From positions 300,297-364,296 of the forward strand of contig NZ_JAHXBF010000014.1 in the NCBI RefSeq assembly GCF_020103695.1: 64,000 nt of DNA, given 5' to 3'. Position numbers and translations under genes: made by a program. Below the pieces are notes generated by a model. It was not told the origin of the DNA. It searched no databases and worked only from the letters and a program-made list of their open reading frames with translations. The DNA is from Hyalangium versicolor. Its GTDB lineage: Bacteria > Myxococcota > Myxococcia > Myxococcales > Myxococcaceae. The stretch's first letter is position 1. The number at the start of each line of letters is the position of its first letter. Shown piece after piece: positions 58,014 through 64,000 of this stretch.

Positions 58014-59363
58014 ATGCTCTGGCGGATTCTCTGGAAGGTCGAAGCGCTGTTCCTTGCCGTGTTGGTGGGGTGCACCACCGCCCGGCCAGGCATCCGGGTG
58101 GACTCGGAGGCTGAGGGAGAAACGCTGATCTACATTTCCCGCGCCGCTACGGCGAAGCCGGTGGTGGTGACACCGGAGCAAGTCACCGAGGCAATCCGAA
58201 GACTGGCTCGCGAGGTGCGCTTGACGGGCTCACCCCGGCAGACAGTCGAACGCCTGTTTCAACTGGACGCGCTCTATGGGGACTACCTCTACCTGCTGCG
58301 AGAGCGAAAGCTCGTCCCGCTGGAGTTGGGCATGCCCCTGGAAGGAGCGTTGACAGAGGGGGATCAGAAGCTCGTCAGCCGTTACAAGGCATGGTGTCGG
58401 AATGCCCAGGGGGTGGAGGGCGATTGCCTGGGCGCGCTCGTGGGGGGCAAGTACCTGGACATGCAAGGCCGGTACATGCTGGCCATGGCTTTGAGCAAGA
58501 GCCCTGTTCTGGAGGAGTTCCAAAAGGCGCTCGGTGACATGGTGAGCATGCGGGCCGTCCTGCAAGCAGCGATCGGCACTGTCGTCACGCTGCTCGTCCT
58601 GCTCGCGTTGCCTGAGCCCGTCACCAAGTTTGTGGCCGCGTGGGCGACAGCGGCGCTCGTGCTGTGGGTCGGTGCCTTCACACTCTACAACCTCGTGAAA
58701 GGCTGGTTCGAGTTGATGGAAGAGGTGAAGGTCGCCACCACCTTCGAGGAGATCCGCGAAGCGGGCGAGAAGTTCGGCCGGCTGTTCTCACGTGAAGCAG
58801 CGCAGGCCTTCGCCATGATCGTGATGGCACTGCTCACACACACTGCGAAAGGGTTCGCGGAACAGGTGGCGACGCTCCCCGGTTCTGCAACTGTGTCGCT
58901 CCATGCCGCTGAGCAGCAAGGGATCCTGCTGTCCGAGGTGGGCACGGTGGACTCAGTGGCCGTAATGGATGACGACTTCCGCATAGCGCTGGCCCCGGGC
59001 GCGGTGGCGATGGCGGTGAGCGGCGGGCGCAGCACCCGCACTGAGAAACACCACATCGCAACCATCGCGAACAAGAAATCCGCCTTGCGAGGCGGCCCGT
59101 GGACTCCTCTGTTCGAGGAGCTCTTCGCCAGGGCGGGAATGAGGTTGAAGGACCATCAAAACGAGGTGCCGATCTTGGGGCACAAGGGACCTCACCCTCA
59201 GCGATACCACCAGATCATCTTTGAGAGTTTGCAGAGGGCACTGGGAGGCTGTAGCACCATCGCGGAATGCCGGGCGCGGTTGCTGCCCGCGCTGGATGAC
59301 CTCGCCAAGCAGATCTCCACACCCGGAACGGAGTTGAACCGACTCGTCACCCTGGGAAAATGA
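58014..59363 (+). CDS. Lipoprotein with C-terminal AHH-family (HNH/EndoVII-fold) nuclease toxin domain
   Basis: FLAVLVGCTT lipobox, two internal hydrophobic helices. C-terminus ...TEKHHIATIANKKSALRGGPWTPLFEELFARAGMRLKDHQNEVPILGHKGPHPQRYHQ fits the AHH motif (HH...N...GHxGxH...Y). Confidence 0.6.
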   Translation: MLWRILWKVEALFLAVLVGCTTARPGIRVDSEAEGETLIYISRAATAKPVVVTPEQVTEAIRRLAREVRLTGSPRQTVERLFQLDALYGDYLYLLRERKLVPLELGMPLEGALTEGDQKLVSRYKAWCRNAQGVEGDCLGALVGGKYLDMQGRYMLAMALSKSPVLEEFQKALGDMVSMRAVLQAAIGTVVTLLVLLALPEPVTKFVAAWATAALVLWVGAFTLYNLVKGWFELMEEVKVATTFEEIREAGEKFGRLFSREAAQAFAMIVMALLTHTAKGFAEQVATLPGSATVSLHAAEQQGILLSEVGTVDSVAVMDDDFRIALAPGAVAMAVSGGRSTRTEKHHIATIANKKSALRGGPWTPLFEELFARAGMRLKDHQNEVPILGHKGPHPQRYHQIIFESLQRALGGCSTIAECRARLLPALDDLAKQISTPGTELNRLVTLGK

Positions 59364-59378
59364 CGCTAGAAATCCCCT

Positions 59379-59942
59379 ATGCCCCCGCGCTTCTTCCAGC
59401 TAGCCGACGACCTTGATGTTCCCCAGCGCTGGTACCTGGCCACGCCCATCGACAGCCATGGCCGCAAAGTTCACGACTGGGATTTCATAAAGGGGACGCC
59501 CGTCCACGTCGAAGGACGGTTGAAAATCCCCATCAAGCTTGCAGGCAAGTCGCTGGACTTTTCCTGGGCGCTCCTGAGCGTCCCTGTCGTCCACGTCAAG
59601 GTTGCTTCCTTGTTAGCAGCTCGCGCCCCTGGTGATGTCCAGCTCATCCCTGCAGATATCGAGGGCCAACCGGATCAGTACCTCGTCCTCGTGGCAACGC
59701 GCCTTATCCGCTGCATCGATGAGGAAGCCTCCAAGGTACGTTTCTGGACGCCAGAGCACGGAGTCCCCGACAAGGTCGGGCAATACCTGGGTATGGACCG
59801 CCTGCGCATCGACAAGCGGAAGGCGGAGAACGCCGAGGTGTTTCGCCTCGAAGGGTGGGAGGTTGCCTTGATCGTTTCCGAGGAGATCAAGAACGCCATG
59901 GAGGGTATGGGCGTTGCGGGCGCACGCTTCGAGGAGGTCTAG
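59379..59942 (+). CDS. Imm11 (DUF1629)-family immunity protein
   Basis: MPPRFFQLADDLDVPQRWYLATPIDSHGRKVHDWDFIKGTPV... matches the N-terminal signature of the DUF1629/Imm11 family. Sits 15 nt after the toxin stop. Confidence 0.6.
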   Translation: MPPRFFQLADDLDVPQRWYLATPIDSHGRKVHDWDFIKGTPVHVEGRLKIPIKLAGKSLDFSWALLSVPVVHVKVASLLAARAPGDVQLIPADIEGQPDQYLVLVATRLIRCIDEEASKVRFWTPEHGVPDKVGQYLGMDRLRIDKRKAENAEVFRLEGWEVALIVSEEIKNAMEGMGVAGARFEEV

Positions 59943-59984
59943 CCCGGATCGATCACAAGTGTCGAAAAGAGAAAGCTAGCAGCT

Positions 59985-60110
59985 ATGTTCGATAGGGAGC
60001 ACATCTCGTCGGATAGAGGGGTGACGCTGCTGCGCCAAACGAACCAGTGCTTCGGCATTATACGGAAGTTCGCAGAGAGCTTCAATGAACACGATCTTCT
60101 GGAAACGTGA
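59985..60110 (+). pseudogene. Transposase N-terminal fragment (IS4-like), 41 codons
   Basis: MFDREHISSDRGVTLLRQTNQCFGIIRKFAESFNEHDLLET resembles the conserved N-terminus of IS4-family transposases (SSDGG-LLLRE...). Truncated. Confidence 0.4.
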
Positions 60111-60299
60111 GCCAACGATCCACCTGACTGCGGCTCGTCCGATGAGATAACGCCGCGATCGACATCCCGCGCTTTCCTTGGCTCGTTTCCACTATGCATC
60201 TGACCAAGTTGACAAACCGCAACTAGTTATAGCGAGAGGAGATGTAATTGTTGCCTTCAGTAGAGATTTCCTGGCGTCGTATCCGTCCGGTAAACGCCG

Positions 60300-61000
60300 T
60301 GGGTAGGTAGAGGGGAGCCCTATGCCATGGGTCGTGCATGACCCGAACGACACGAGAGAAGTGGGAGCAGCGGATCATCCGGCAGTGGCAGCGTAGTGGG
60401 ATGGACGCGGCGAGCTTCTCGGCGCGAGAGGGGCTCAAGCCGGAGAATCTGCAGTGGTGGCGGTGGCATCTGGGCTTTGGCCCACGAGCCAAGGGCCGCA
60501 GCGCTCGGTCGGCATTCGTCGAGGTGGTGCTGGGGGGAGAGGACGAGGTGGCTCAGGCCCGCGCCGATGGCACGCACCTGCACTCAAGCGCCTGGCCAAA
60601 GCCCAGGTACTCATCCTCGACGTCTTCGGCCTGGAGCCCCTGGGCGCCGCCGAGAGCAAGGAACTGCTCGATGTCTTGGAGGATCGCTATCAGCAGCAAC
60701 TGGAACCCAGAGACTGGCACGCCGTCATCGGCGACGCGACGCTGGCTGATGCCATATCTACCTCTTGCGCTACGTGCGACATACGTGCAACACGGATGGA
60801 GGAAGGCGCTAACCATCCGTAACTATGAAGAAAAAAGAGAGGCGGTGGAAATCGAACCCGTAACAAGGCTGAAGCAAAACCCCAAGCAGGTCGCGCTGTT
60901 ACCGGCTAACACATTGATCTCACACCAGATCGGTCCCCGGATTCATCCCATCTCGTCCCGTTCTTTAGAGTGAAGAGGTTGGCTCGTCCCAGACTAGCCT
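60300..61000 (+). mobile_element. Degraded insertion-sequence remnants (frame-shifted transposase / IS21 IstB-like helper fragments)
   Basis: Frame 60454..60822 carries AQVLILDVFGLEPLGAAESKELLDVLEDRYQQ...AVIGDATLADAI, which is like an IstB C-terminus. Overlapping frame 60338..60973 has an HTH-like transposase N-terminus (MTRTTREKWEQRIIRQWQRSGMDAASFSAREGLKPENLQWWRW). No intact ORF; GC drops to about 52%. Confidence 0.5.
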
Positions 61001-61064
61001 CCCTGCTTCCTCGATTGGCTGGTAAGCTGCTGAACGCTTAGTTCAGAACCCGAGGAGGGATTCG

Positions 61065-64000
<2,936 letters not shown>

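Overview
High-GC (about 68-70%) chromosomal segment with strong myxobacterial character: several Ser/Thr kinases, a sigma-54 FHA activator, 'Myxococcus cysteine-rich repeat' lipoproteins and lipoboxes. Coding density is high, and very long antisense ORFs are common GC artefacts. Gene calls follow the provided ORF track plus protein-motif recognition by eye; no searches were run.

Core content:
- a standalone ribosomal protein L3 gene
- a MoxR / DUF58 / transglutaminase operon with an upstream STAS protein
- an RpoH-like sigma factor
- a HEAT / HD-GYP / sigma-54 FHA activator cluster
- two cytoplasmic Ser/Thr kinases (one with an atypical catalytic loop, one giant kinase-AAA-TPR) and a membrane Ser/Thr kinase
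- an OPT transporter, a DJ-1 protein and a TetR/SDR pair
- RluA, an HNH-selA operon and a Slt70-like transglycosylase
- a GAF histidine kinase followed by three tandem CheB-like methylesterase response regulators

Most notable loci:
1. A complete bacterial Major Vault Protein homolog at 31023..33308 (-). It sits directly downstream of a circularly-permuted ATP-grasp / Alpha-E / degenerate-GATase-transglutaminase / lipoprotein operon.
2. A low-GC (about 52%) inserted island at roughly 59.9-63.9 kb. It carries IS fragments and a 944-aa UvrD-like SF1 helicase fused to a C-terminal SIR2-like domain, a candidate defence protein. Beside it is a lipoprotein with a C-terminal AHH nuclease domain plus an Imm11 (DUF1629) immunity gene.
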